Part shown: piece after piece, positions 26,598-38,132 of the stretch
How positions within the stretch are numbered: position 1 is the stretch's first letter
Layout of the letters: every line of letters starts with the position of its first letter
Source of the DNA: Octopus sinensis
Lineage: Eukaryota
Length of the DNA: 64,000 nucleotides
Assembly (NCBI RefSeq): GCF_006345805.1
Contig: NC_043018.1
Location: 5,084,001 to 5,148,000 of the forward strand
Direction of reading: 5' to 3'
Notes under the pieces: generated by a model
Database searches by the model: none
Told to the model about the DNA's origin: nothing
The model's input: the letters and a program-made list of their open reading frames with translations, nothing else
Program-made: the position numbers and the translations under genes

Positions 26598-26850
26598 AGC
26601 AGGCGTGGCTGTGTGGTAAGAAGTTTGCTTCCCATCCACATGGTTACGAGTTCTGTCCCACTTCGTGGCACCTTGGGCAAGTGTCTACTACTATACAACC
26701 GTTGTTGGTGTGTTTACATCCACGCAACTTAGCAGTATGAAAGACCGACAGAATGAATACCAGGCTTTAAAAAGATAAGAACGGAATGTTGATTCTTCAA
26801 AGTAGTGCTCCAGAATGGCCTTAGTCTAATGACTGAAACAAGATAAAAGA
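26598..26850 (+). mobile_element. SINE family A, internally deleted
   Basis: Head GCAGGCGTGGCTGTGTGG and CORE-like segment joined directly to the 3' half. Confidence 0.75.
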
Positions 26851-26866
26851 AAATGAAAAAATATGA

Positions 26867-27204
26867 TTTGTGGTTAATTAGCCTTTAATCCATTTGTGGT
26901 TGATTAGCCTTTAATCCATTTGTGGTTGATTAGCCTTTAATCCATTTGTGGTTGATTAGCCTTTAATCCATTTGTGGTTGATTAGCCTTTAATCCATTTG
27001 TGGTTGATTAGCCTTTAATCCATTTGTGGTTAATTAGCCTTTAATCCATTTGTGGTTGATTAGCCTTTAATCCATTTGTGGTTAATTAGCCTTTAATCCA
27101 TTTGTGGTTAATTAGCCTTTAATCCATTTGTGGTTGATTAGCCTTTAATCCATTTGTGGTTAATTAGCCTTTAATCCATTTGTGGTTGATTAGCCTTTAA
27201 TCCA
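26867..27204. repeat. minisatellite, 13 x 26 bp TTTGTGGTT(G/A)ATTAGCCTTTAATCCA
   Basis: 338 bp = exactly 13 contiguous units with one variable position. Confidence 0.98.
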
Positions 27205-27511
27205 TAGGTCATTTCGTTCGTGGTTGCACGTTTAGTAAAATAACTGGTTACTGCATTGGTGTTTGGAACAAAAACTAACTCGAAATTTTAACGCAAGTTT
27301 ATAATTTAGACAAAGGGTCGGCATAGAGGATGCAAGCTGTGCAAGTGCGTCTTTTGGGTGGTAGTTATGGGGTGGGGGATAGCAATGAAAACGCTTTCAA
27401 CATCCTCCAGAAAAAAACTTCATCGCCAAAACGAACGAGTGTAGAAATATCTTTGAACTAATTTGAAACATTAGTTTTCTATTATTGAACTTATCCAATT
27501 TGATTGATGTA

Positions 27512-28446
27512 CGAGGGGCGTTCAATAAGTAATGCCCCTGACCCACTTCCCATAGCAGTAGAGCAACGAAACTTGGCACAGTTATTGGTCTTTTTCTACA
27601 TAGGAACCATTACAGGCTCCTGAAATTGTGGTACCCTTTGCCAGGAAATCTGTCATCACTACTCCGTCCTGGTCCCAGAAGACTGTGAGCATGGCCTTGC
27701 CAGCGGAGAGCTGCACCCTTGCCTTCTTTGGAGGGGGTGAGTCACGGTGCTTCCACTGCATTGACTGGGCTTTGGTCTATGGATCATCGTAATGGACCCA
27801 GGTTTCATCCTGTGTAATCAGTCTTTTGAAAAATTTTGACTCATCTTCTTGGCACATCTCCAAATTCACCCTCGAGCACTCGACGCGTTCTTGCTTCTGG
27901 AAAGGCGTGAGCAACCTGGGAATCCATCTGGCAGACACCTTTTGCATATGCAAATGGTCATGAATGATAGTTTCCACAGACCCGGTACTAATCTTGACCT
28001 CATGGGCTATTTGGCGAATAGTTATGCGTCGATCTTCCAAAATGGCAGCCCCAACTTGACGGACAGATGCCTCATCAATGGCAGAAGGGGGCGACCAGAT
28101 CTGGGAGCTGTTTCTACAGAGTTCCGACCATGTTTGAATTCACGATGCCAGCGTTTTACAAGGTCATATGATGGGGCATTATCACCATAAGTTACTTTCA
28201 TTTCATCAAAAATCTCCCGTGGTGTGCGTCCTTTCAAATACAAAAACCGGATCACTGCTCGACACTCAACAGGCTCCATTTCACACTTGACTCAGTTCAA
28301 ACACCTGTAAATCAGAAACCACAAGTAGTTCAGAGCTGTAATTTGCCACTTAATCTATAGAGATATAAATAATTGCACATGCAAAATTTCAACTAAATCA
28401 AACAACTGCAAGTGGGTCAGAGGCATTACTTATTGAACGTCCCTCG
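27512..28446 (-). mobile_element. mariner transposon, internally deleted and frameshifted
   Basis: TA|CGAGGGGCGTTCAATAAGTAATGCC ... GGCATTACTTATTGAACGTCCCTCG|TA; transposase MEPVECRAVIRFLYLKG...SGRP, WIPRLL (WVPREL motif), TQDETW (first catalytic D); second and third D regions missing. Confidence 0.95.
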
Positions 28447-28477
28447 TACAAATATTATTATCATTATTATTATTATT

Positions 28478-28690
28478 AAGGCGACGGGCTGGCAGAATCG
28501 TTAGTATGCCGGGCAAAATGCTTAGTGGCATTTCGTCCGTCTTCACATTCTGAGTTCAAATTCCGCCGGAGTCGACTTTGCCTGTTATTGTTTCGGGGTC
28601 GATAAAATAAGTATCAGATGAGCACCGAGGCCGATCTGATGGACTTATCCCTCCTCCAAACCAGCTGGTCTTTTGCCAAAATTTGAAGTC
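28478..28690 (+). mobile_element. SINE family B
   Basis: Head and body match; flanked by (ATT)n. Confidence 0.8.
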
Positions 28691-28728
28691 ATTATTATTA
28701 ATATAGCTGGGTTTGTTATTATATTAAG

Positions 28729-29555
28729 ACTAGCTTAAGGTGATCCGATCTACGCACGTGTGAGGGTGTGGTTGTTCCTTTCTGTTTCTTATCGCCACAT
28801 CCTCCCTCTTTGTTTCTCTCTCCTTTCTCTCTCACTTTCCCACACTCTTACTCTTCCTTTCTCTCGGACTCTCCCTTGCTTTCTCTTACTCTGTATCTTT
28901 ATCTCTTTCCCATTTATAAAAAAACAAAAGATCTTGGGTAAGTTGAAAAAGAAAATATTTTGAAAGATCAATCATAAATATCAGGCAAGTGACACCGGAA
29001 AGCACACTTGCCTTTTGTACGCGCCACTATTCGAGCGATTAAAGATAAGGAAAAAAAAAGGATTTCTTTGTTAAATTTAGTACTTATTTTGGGAACTTTT
29101 CGACGATTGACCATGCAAATGAAAGCTCTAAACATGGGCGACATGCAGCTGTAAATTTCTTTCAGAAAAAATGAAAACTGTAAACAATAAAAAATAAACG
29201 GCAAAAATACGTAAAAGTGAGAAATTTTTTTCATCTTCAAAAATCTTGCCTTAATTTTCAAAATTTCGAACCCATTTTTCGCGCTTAAATTACAAATCCG
29301 CTTCCACTTTACCATGTTGAAAACTTGATTGAAATAGGGCAAAAGGTGTCCAATCTAGACCCCCAAGTGTCCTAAAAAATCAATAAAATCCCCGTTTTCA
29401 CAGCAAAGCAACCACTGTAGCGCCCCAAAACGTCTCCCAATCAATTTCTCACGTCAAGTTACCCCCTCCTGTAAATTTTAATCCCCTTCCAGCCCCATTT
29501 TACATAAAAATCCAATTTGTATCAACGTTCGCCTTCTTCATTTTATAGATTAGAT
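28729..29555 (+). mobile_element. Helentron/Helitron-like non-autonomous element, copy 1
   Basis: Starts ACTAGCTTAAGGTGATCCG, ends CATTTTATAGATTAGAT, internal CT-rich tract; ends resemble rolling-circle non-autonomous elements. Confidence 0.55.
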
Positions 29556-29996
29556 TATAGCCCTTCTCAAGGGCTACATGCAGATGTAATTTTTTTTCCT
29601 GAAAAGGCTTACAATATGATCAGAAAAAAAATTAAAAGAAAACGAGGGCAAAAAGCACTCGTTTTTTCACAATGAAAAATCTTTGCTTAGTAGCCTGAAT
29701 TTCGCGACAAAATGCATGATTATAAAGCAAAACAACCCAAAGTGCATGCCGTTGGGCGTTAGCTGCCAATCGCGCCAATCTGGAGGGGCTTGGAGCCCCC
29801 TTGAATCGATAAAAAATTACTCTTCTCGCCATAGTTACCGCATCTTTCTAGATAGCGAGTTTTAAACTACTCAACTCTCTACCTCATCACTCCTTCTATG
29901 CCTGTGTCAATTTTCAGCTCGATCCGATCACTGGTCTGGCCGCCAACGTCTGATGTAGCAAAACGTGCACACAATTATATATATATATATATATAG

Positions 29997-30467
29997 ACTA
30001 GCTTAAGGTGACCCGCTCTACGCGCGAATGAGGGTGTGGTTGTTACTTTCTGTTGCTTCCTTTCTGTTTCTTATTCCCACATTCTCCCTCTTTGTTTCTC
30101 TCTCCTTTCTCTCCCACTTTCCTTACTATCTATCTCTCTCTATCTATCTCTTTCCCATTTATAAAAAATTAGATTCCCGTGCTTAAATTACAAATCCGCT
30201 TCCACTTTACCATGTTGAAAATTTGATTGAAACCGGAAAAAAGGTGTCCAATCTAGACATCTCCCCCAAGTGTCCTCAAAAATCAATGAAATCCCCGTTT
30301 TCACAGCAAAGCAACCACTGAAGCGCCCCAAAACGTCTCCCAATCAATTTCTCACTTCAAGTTACCCCCTCCTGTAAATTTTAATCCCCTTCCAGCCCCA
30401 TTTAGACTCCTTTTTACATAAAAATCCAATTTGCATCAACGTTCACCTTCTTCATTTTATCGATAAG
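29997..30467 (+). mobile_element. Helentron/Helitron-like non-autonomous element, copy 2 (internally deleted)
   Basis: Same start and end motifs as 28729-29555, shorter interior. Confidence 0.55.
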
Positions 30468-30778
30468 ACAGATATGCCCGGCTTTGCTCGGGATTAAAAT
30501 AGTTTATTATTGTTTTACTTGTTTCGATATTATAATCCGATTTCATTCGGGTCTACGCGGGCCACGTTTTAAAAGATGCGGAATTTTGCTCTAGAGGCCA
30601 TTCCTTTCAATTGAGCAAGCTCAAAGTTGCCATGCAAACTCGCTAGCATTTTTAACATAGGTGTGTATATTTTCAGCTCAATCCGACCACATATGCACAC
30701 ATTATATATATATATATATGCATACGTATTAAATATGTACATATATACGCATTATATATACAAGTCTACACAACACAC

Positions 30779-30833
<55 letters not shown>

Positions 30834-31453
30834 ATATATATATATATAATGTTTTTAAATTTTCACCTAATTTCTGAATTAATAATACTTGGCGGTGTGA
30901 TTATGGCTGCTCTTTCTGGTGGACGAGTGACCTGTTGGGGTCACTCCTAAATCGTTATATATATATATATATATTATATATTTATTTACACACACACTTA
31001 TATATATATAAATTAGCACAATAAATATCTGATTAATAATATCTGTTATGATTGTGCGGTGGTGGGTGGTAATAATTCACCGTTCTAAACGACCTGTGAC
31101 GGGAATATTTAAACTTTTGCGGCTGTCAACGCTTTCTCTCTATAGATACAGACAGACGTACGGTGAGAGAGTTGGTAGGAGAAAGAGTGGTAGAAAGACG
31201 GCGAAGCTGTCAAACGTCGTTATAGAGAGAAAATGGAGAGAAGGAAAGAGAGAGATGGAGGAAGCGAAAGAGAGAAACGACAAGCACTTGGGTTTTGAGA
31301 TAGAGGTTTTTAACTTAGTCCACTCACTTCATCGCCTCTTTTTACATGTCTCTGTAAATTTCGGAGCGAATCCGTCCCCATCTAGTGCCCCTCAACTCGT
31401 TCCAATCCCAAAATGAAACAAATTTTTCGCATTTCAGCTTTATAGATATTAAG
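30468..31453 (+). mobile_element. Helentron-like non-autonomous element, second family
   Basis: Starts ACAGATATGCCCGGCTTTGCTCGGG, ends TTCAGCTTTATAGATATTAAG; a third truncated copy-1-type start follows at 31456-31482. Confidence 0.45.
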
Positions 31454-31553
31454 TTATTAGCTTAAGGTGATCCGCTCTACGCTTCAAGGTTGTTTTTTTA
31501 AGGCGGACTGCATGCCACCTTAGGCAAGTGTCTTCTACTGCATCCTCGGACCG

Positions 31554-32093
31554 GGATCTTGTCTAATTGGCTGCCACTTGTGGAAATTTTCAAGTTTATT
31601 GAAAATTTTAAAATTTGGAGTATTGAAGTAGTTTTCCGCGCTGAATCTCAGGAGATATTTTGCTTTTTCCCAGAAAAGTTTTTAAAAAGTTACAAAGGTT
31701 TAAAGTTTAATCAGGATTTGGAAGCTGTCGTCTTGTGCAAAAAAATGTCACGCTTGATTTAAGTCCTACTTAGCAGTTATTGTTAGCACGTCTCATACTG
31801 CACGTGTTTTAAGCATTTAATGAACGACAAAAAGAACACGTGGTAAGCATTTTGGTAACAGGTTGGCTTGTTACTATAGAAACAAGCACCTTTGATTGTC
31901 TGGCCTTTGATTGGGTAAAATTACCAAAATTTGTAAACTTTAAAAGCTATTAAATCTTTATTTATTGATTTATTGCGAAAATGAATCTCATGTCAATGTT
32001 TACTTTACAAAACTACATCAATACTCCAAATGCGAAATTAATTGAAACAAAAATTGAAGAAATTGAAAAGTGACATCCAAACAGAAAAGGTCC
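31554..32093. mobile_element. non-autonomous DNA element with GG...CC ends and 8-bp TSD
   Basis: TCGGACCG|GGATCTT...AAAAGGTCC|TCGGACCG, interrupting a family A SINE. Confidence 0.8.
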
Positions 32094-32205
32094 TCGGACC
32101 GACCAAAACCTTGTGGATGGATCGGTGGGGGTAGGAGTGGGCTAATGCAGAATCGCACCCCTCCTTCAAAAACGCATTTTTTAAAAAATAATTTTTTCGG
32201 ATTCC

Positions 32206-33328
32206 GGATCTTTTCGGTTTGAACGGCAGTTTTTCAAAATAATTTCCACGTAACTAAACACTTTTAAACTTCGTATACTGTTAAATTAAGTTAATTTTTT
32301 GGCTCAAAAAGCAAAAAGCAAGGCCATGTAGGGGGACATGGAGTAATGTACAGGGTGGTATTCATGCAAAGTGTTCAGGCCATTTCTGGTCAAGGAAGAC
32401 TTTGAACCAAGCGGTCGTCGTCGTCAACTGAGGACATCGTCATCAGGGATCGCCAGTCCAGAAGCGCGGAAGCCTCGGTTTGAATTTCAAGATTAATTGC
32501 AGAGAAGACTCTACTTGGCAGCGAAGTAGTCGTGGGCGCAGAAAAAGTTGTGTGCATGACGAACTTCAGGACCGCATGATCACTCTTGGCAAGAGGGGCG
32601 CACACAGAGATAAGCTTGACACTGATCTTGGATAGCGGGAGAATACCAGATCCAGCATAGATGGCTGCTGCCCAGACCGATGCCTTGTCGAATATTCAAC
32701 ATGTTGCGATAGAAAACAATCTTCAACCACGTCAAGAAGGGCCTGGCCGAACCGGGAAGATGATGTACAAATTGATGCGGGCCAATCGATCGTGGGAGCG
32801 TTGAAGTCTCCTAATATCAAACAGTCATGAGAAGCTGAAACGAATCTTATCGCTTCGAGTAAATGAGCATCGTCCTGGGGGTCGGCAGGAGGTGGCCGGT
32901 AGACAGCTAACACGGGCAGGCAAAACCTGGATAGGCTCAGCTTGCAATAGACGGCATGGTAGAATGTGTTTATGAAACATCTTTTTCTCTTGGCTTTATT
33001 GAGAAAATTCTATAGTTTGTAAGATATTTGTTGTCTTTTTCTTCAATTTCTGCAATTTCAACCAATCAATTGCGTCTGTTGAGGTGAAAACATTTTGTGC
33101 CGTATGAATATGTCCCTCGTTTAAGAAACAGATTGGGCTTATTTACATTTCTGAAGAAAAAAAGATAACCTTCCCCCCACCCCACCCCAACCCTAACCCT
33201 AACTCACCCTAACTAACCCTAACCCTAAAATAGATTGAAATGCAATAGATCGATGCTAGGGTCATAATTATGGGTGACAATTTCATATGACACCGCTAGA
33301 AAAACTGCCGTTCAAACCGAAAAGATCC
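32206..33328. mobile_element. GGATC-terminal DNA element, 29-bp perfect TIRs, 8-bp TSD, internal CCCTAA repeats
   Basis: CGGATTCC|GGATCTTTTCGGTTTGAACGGCAGTTTTT ... AAAAACTGCCGTTCAAACCGAAAAGATCC|CGGATTCC. Confidence 0.9.
32281..32958 (-). mobile_element. LINE apurinic-endonuclease fragment (CR1-like) joined to a putative 3' UTR
   Basis: AVYRPP...LILGDFNAPTIDW...LDLVFS...AKSDHAVLKF (APE motifs, one frameshift); interrupts the host at TATACTG|GTAGAATG. Confidence 0.85.
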
Positions 33329-33998
33329 CGGATTCCTACGTTTTAGATATTGGAGATTACGAATGTGCAACAAAAAAAAAAAAAAAAATAATCCTCAACC
33401 CAATTTAAAATTTTAATTTTGCTTACTTTAAAGAGATTGCAGTGAATGGACGAGCAAAAAGCAAATCGAAAATAAAGAAAGACAAAAACATTCAAGTGAA
33501 ACGAATTTACGTTTTATTTGTGTTTGCCTTAGTTAATAATTAAGTGTAAATTAGATATGCACCATTTTATGAGAAACAAACATTAATGTCAAACATTAAA
33601 TAAGGGGCTCAAATTTCACCCCCAATTTTAAAGTTCGAACTTTTCATCCATTTATTTATCTATCTGTCTATTTATCCCTGTCCGTTCATTCCTAAAATAT
33701 ATTTGCCATCTAAATGTAGCTGCCCTATAGAGGACCGTGTCACTGTTGTTTTTAGCCCCAGGAAGACATTCAAAATTTTAAAGGGTGGGGGGTGAAATCG
33801 AAATAAATTTTTTTGGCATATTCGTAACATCCGACATCTAAAACGTAGGAATCCCCAATCTATTTTTTTCCCCCAAAATGTATTTTTCCAGGTGAGGTGC
33901 GATTTTGCATTAGCCCCACTTTGTCAGTGGATTTGCTAGACGGAAACTAAAAGAAACCCGTCGAATATATATCTGTGTGTGTGTGCGTGTGTGTGTGA

Positions 33999-34037
<39 letters not shown>

Positions 34038-34269
34038 TGTGTGTGTGAGTGAGTGTGTGTGTGAGTGCGTATATTTTCAGTTTTTCAGTGTTAAAAATAG
34101 AGAAAAAGATATACAACGATAACAAAGTACTTTACAAAATGTTAACCTCTCACCTCCGTCAAAAAAAAACAAAACAAACAAACAAAAAGAAGAAGCAAAA
34201 CCGAGCCAAACGTAGTGAACCGACCGATCAGTCAAGTAATTTAGATGTCAGCCTGAAGGAGATTAATTA

Positions 34270-34469
34270 AAACCACGACCCCACACCACCACCTCCACCA
34301 CCAACACAGCCACCGCTACCCCCACAATCTAAGTTGATCACCATTATGATGCTGATGATGATTAGCAACCTCATCGTCGGTGTCACCATCAGTGCAGCCA
34401 CCACCACAACCACCACAGCCATCACCACAACCACCACCACAACCACCACCATCATCACCATTATCATTG

Positions 34470-34507
<38 letters not shown>

Positions 34508-34660
34508 GCTGTCACTAATACCAACATCAACACCGCCTCTTCGACCATCGACAGACACCATCCCTATCATCATCAACAGCTCCAGCAGCAGCAGTACTGC
34601 CACCATAGTTACCATTCTAACGAGTCACACCACCACCACCACCACCACCATCATCAGAAG
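34270..34660. repeat. compound trinucleotide tract (CAC/CAT/CAG)
   Basis: Direct inspection; explains the overlapping poly-T/poly-S/poly-M ORFs. Confidence 0.9.
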
Positions 34661-34907
34661 AAGGAAAAGAAGAACCAGGCGCAAGCGTACATCCATCAGG
34701 AAATGTGGAAGTGAGCCATGTTAGACCATCTGCGAAGATTGGCAGATGATACAGCAGCAGCCATCGTAACACACACACACACACACACACACTTACCCTC
34801 ATATCCCAAATAGCAAAAGTAGCTACCTTAGGCAAGTTACTTCTACCATAGCCTCGGGCTGACCAAAGCCTTGTGAATAGATTTCGTAGACGGAAACTGT
34901 AAGATGT

Positions 34908-35850
34908 CTGTCGTAGACTTCCTAGAGACCCACAAACTCCTAAATGCAAATCAGCACGGCTTTCGTTGTGGCAGGGCCTGTCTAACACAGCCCTTACACC
35001 ACGTTGAAGATATACTTAAAGCCTTGGGAACATGTTCGAACTCTGATGTCATATATCTTGACTTCAGTAAAGCGTTCGACAGGGTCGACCATAATATCCT
35101 ACTCTCAAAATTGGCAAATGTTGAAATCCGTGGAAAACTTCTACACTGGATTAAGTATTTCCTGGCGAATGGAACACAGCATGTTGTAGTCGATGGAGTC
35201 CACTCAAGCTCAGCAAAAGTCACCAGCGGTGTCCTGCAGGGGACTGTCTTGGGCCCGCTCCTCTTTATAATTTATATAAACGACCTTTCCAGTGTCGGAC
35301 ATTACTGCAAAGTGAAAATATTTGCTGATGACACTAAGCTCTAGCAAATCATCAATGAAGAAGCAAACCGAACTCAACTCCACTCTGATCTATATGATGT
35401 GAGTCAATGGGCAGACAGAAACAAAATGCAACTGAACGAGGGAAAATTTTAGCTGATGCATTTTGGAAGAAAGTCTATAACTAAAACAGCCACACTCTCT
35501 TCCTTCAGGGGAAATGCTCACGGCATCTAATAATATCAGACACCTGGGTGTAATTGTAGATAACAATCTCAGTTGGAGTGCCCACATGAACAATAAGCTC
35601 GTAAGATGAGCTCCTGGATCTTAAGAACCTTCCGGTCCAGAGAACAAGGTGTCATCATTCCACTTTTCTCCTTTCTGCGGCCACACCTCGAATACTGCTG
35701 CCCCTTGTGTTCTCCCATACAAAACAAAACATCTCAAGGATTGAATCACCCCAGAGAGCACTCACTAAACGAATTGAAAGCATGACTGATTTCGATTATT
35801 GGGACCGCCTTAAAGCCTTGAAACTCTACTCTCTCCAGCGCCGATGTGGA
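34908..35850 (+). mobile_element. CR1-clade LINE reverse transcriptase fragment (pseudogenised)
   Basis: NQHGFR...[13 protein letters not shown]...[20 protein letters not shown]...FADDTKL, then stops and frameshifts through KLYSLQRR. Confidence 0.92.
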
Positions 35851-35999
35851 GAATATACCGCCAGCATTGCCCAAACGACCTGTGTGTATAAAGGTATGTG
35901 TGTCTGTGTGCGCGTGGGGTTGTGTGGGATATATTTATAAGGTTGAAAGGAAGTTAATGCAATATAAATGGCGCAATTACAAGTAAAATTGAAAAATAA

Positions 36000-37443
36000 G
36001 AAAAGAAATTAAGTTGCTTGTTGCGGGAGGTGTAGAGGCAATCACTAGGAGGAGGGGTTTGTGTTTAGTCCGTGGGGATAGTTGTCCGTAAATTAAAGAT
36101 ATAGTGCTGTTCCAGGCGGGGTCTTGAGTGTGTGGATCCATGATGTAGAGCGAGGTCAAAGACGATATTAGAGGGGGATTGGTTGGCCCAGCGGAAGTGA
36201 CGGGCGACGGGAGTGTTCGAACGTAGCCGAACACCCCTTAGATGTCCGGTGAACCGATCAGCCAGTCTGACCTACATATAGTTTCCCACAGAGGTTGCAT
36301 TTAATGCAGTATATGAGGCTAGAAGTGCAACTGAAGGAATTTGTAATGTGAACAGTTTGCAGGTTAGAACCAGTGAGAGAAGTAGTGTTGATGAAAGGGC
36401 AGGTGTTGCAGCGGGATGTAGAGCACGGGAAGGATCCATGTGGGGCTGAGGAGGGGGAGAGGAGAAGGTGCTACGGACCAGAAGATCGCGTAGGTTCCAG
36501 GCGCGTTTAAAGGAGGACAAGGGTGGGTTGGGGAAAATGGAGCTGGTGGTGGGATCGAGCTGGAGACGGCGGACGGCGCGTAGTATCCTCCGACGAAAGG
36601 GTAAAGTGGAGGGGTGGAAAGGAGAGGAAAGGGGTGCGGTTAGGGGTTTGGTGAGGGGAAGGATAAAGGGTGGTAGTGCGATCGATTCGACGAGCGCAGG
36701 CAAGGGCGTTTTGGACAAGGGATGAGGGGTATCCTCGATGCCTGAACAGGCGGGCCAGGTACAGGGACTGAGTCTCAAAATCCTGGTCACGGCTGCACAA
36801 GCGTCGGAGGCGGAGGAACTGGGAGTAGGGGATGGCCCGTTTGGTGTGGAAGGGATGAGAGGAAGAAAAGTTGAGGTAGAAGTGGGAATATGTGGGTTTG
36901 AAGAATGCGGAGGTGGTGAGAGAGTGGGAGGGGTGGTCAATGGTAAGAGAGATGTCGAGGAAGTTAACAGAGGTGTTAGAGATAGTAGAAGTGAATTGGA
37001 GAGAAGGGTGGAAGTTAGAGAGGAAAGAGATGAAGTGGCAGAGTTGTTCACGGGAGAGGGAGGTGGCACCTATACAGTCGTCTATGTAGCGACCGTACAG
37101 CTCTGGGGTCAGCCCGGAGAATTGAGAGAATGCTTGGGCCTCAATGTGACCAACAAAGAGGTTGGCGAAATTGGGGCCCTTTCTCGTTCCCATCGTGACC
37201 CCAGACAACTATTTGTAGGTTTCCTCGGCGAAGTTAAAGCAGTTGAGGGTGGGGACGAGCTTTGCCAGGCGGAGAAGGGTGGGGGTGCTGGGTGTGGGGT
37301 CTATGAAGTATTGGAAAGCTAAGAGACCGTCGTTGTGGGGAATCACCGTGTGTATAGGTGAAGAGGTGTGAGGGGCCGGGAGGGAAGGAAAGAATTGAAG
37401 AGGCGAAGGGCGTGATTAGTGTCGTGTATGTGGAATGGGAGGG

Positions 37444-37445
<2 letters not shown>
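36000..37445 (-). mobile_element. Penelope-like element (Neptune-like): RT + Cys linker + GIY-YIG, degraded and 5' truncated
   Basis: GVTMGT...FANLF...RYIDD...FLDI...HPFHTKRAIPYSQFLRLRRLCS; then PCSTSRCNTC and IYCIKCNLCGKLYVGQTG*, ending EQHYIFNL...HGLN. Confidence 0.92.
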
Positions 37446-37521
<76 letters not shown>

Positions 37522-37547
37522 AATATGTAGTATATATATATTCTTTC

Positions 37548-37893
37548 CTCTTATTGTTTTATTTGTTTCAGTCATTTGACTGTGGCCATGCTGGAGCACC
37601 ACCTTTAGTCGATCCCAGGCCTTATTCTTTGTAAGCCTAGTACTTATTTTATCGGTCTGTTTTGCTGAACCGCTAGGTTGCGGAGACGTAAACACCAGTT
37701 GTCAAGTATTGGTGGGGAAACAAACACAGACACACAAACATATATACGACTGCCGTCTTTCAGTTTCCGTTTACCAAATCCACTCACTAGGCTTTAGTCG
37801 GCCCGAGGCTATAGTAAGGTGCCATGCAGTGGGATTGAATCCGGAACCATGTGGTTGGTAACCAAGCTACTTACCACACAGTCACTCCTGCGC
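37548..37893 (-). mobile_element. SINE family A, near full length
   Basis: Reverse-complement match to consensus. Confidence 0.85.
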
Positions 37894-37916
37894 CTAGATA
37901 GATAGATAGATCGATA

Positions 37917-38132
37917 CGAGGGGGTACTGAAAAGTGCCTGGCTTTAAGGGTATTGTGAAAAGTCTGGCTAGAGGCCCAACTTTCCAAGTTCTTTTACAGG
38001 GTTTGGAAAAACTGAAGGACCACTGCAATAAGTGTGTGAATCTGAGAAGGAAATACGTTGAATAAAATCATGATTAACTGATCCTCCAGTATTTTCTTTT
38101 ACCCAAACCAAGAACTTTTCAGCACCCCTTCG
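37917..38132. mobile_element. mariner-derived MITE (216 bp)
   Basis: TA|CGAGGGGGTACTGAAAAGT ... ACTTTTCAGCACCCCTTCG|TA. Confidence 0.8.

Larger units (their letters stand above)
32137..33919. mobile_element. MITE-like element with ~100-bp imperfect TIRs (host of nested insertions)
   Basis: Left GTGGGCTAATGCAGAATCGCACC...GGATTCCTACGTTTTAGAT, right ATCTAAAACGTAGGAATCC...GGTGCGATTTTGCATTAGCCCCAC; no TSD found. Confidence 0.7.

Noticed and set aside
26867-27204. CRISPR-like array
   Set aside because: Units are contiguous with no spacers, there are no cas genes, and the context is eukaryotic.
34267-34724. Poly-S/T/H/D ORFs as a low-complexity protein exon
   Set aside because: Compound trinucleotide repeat open in most frames, with no convincing splice sites.
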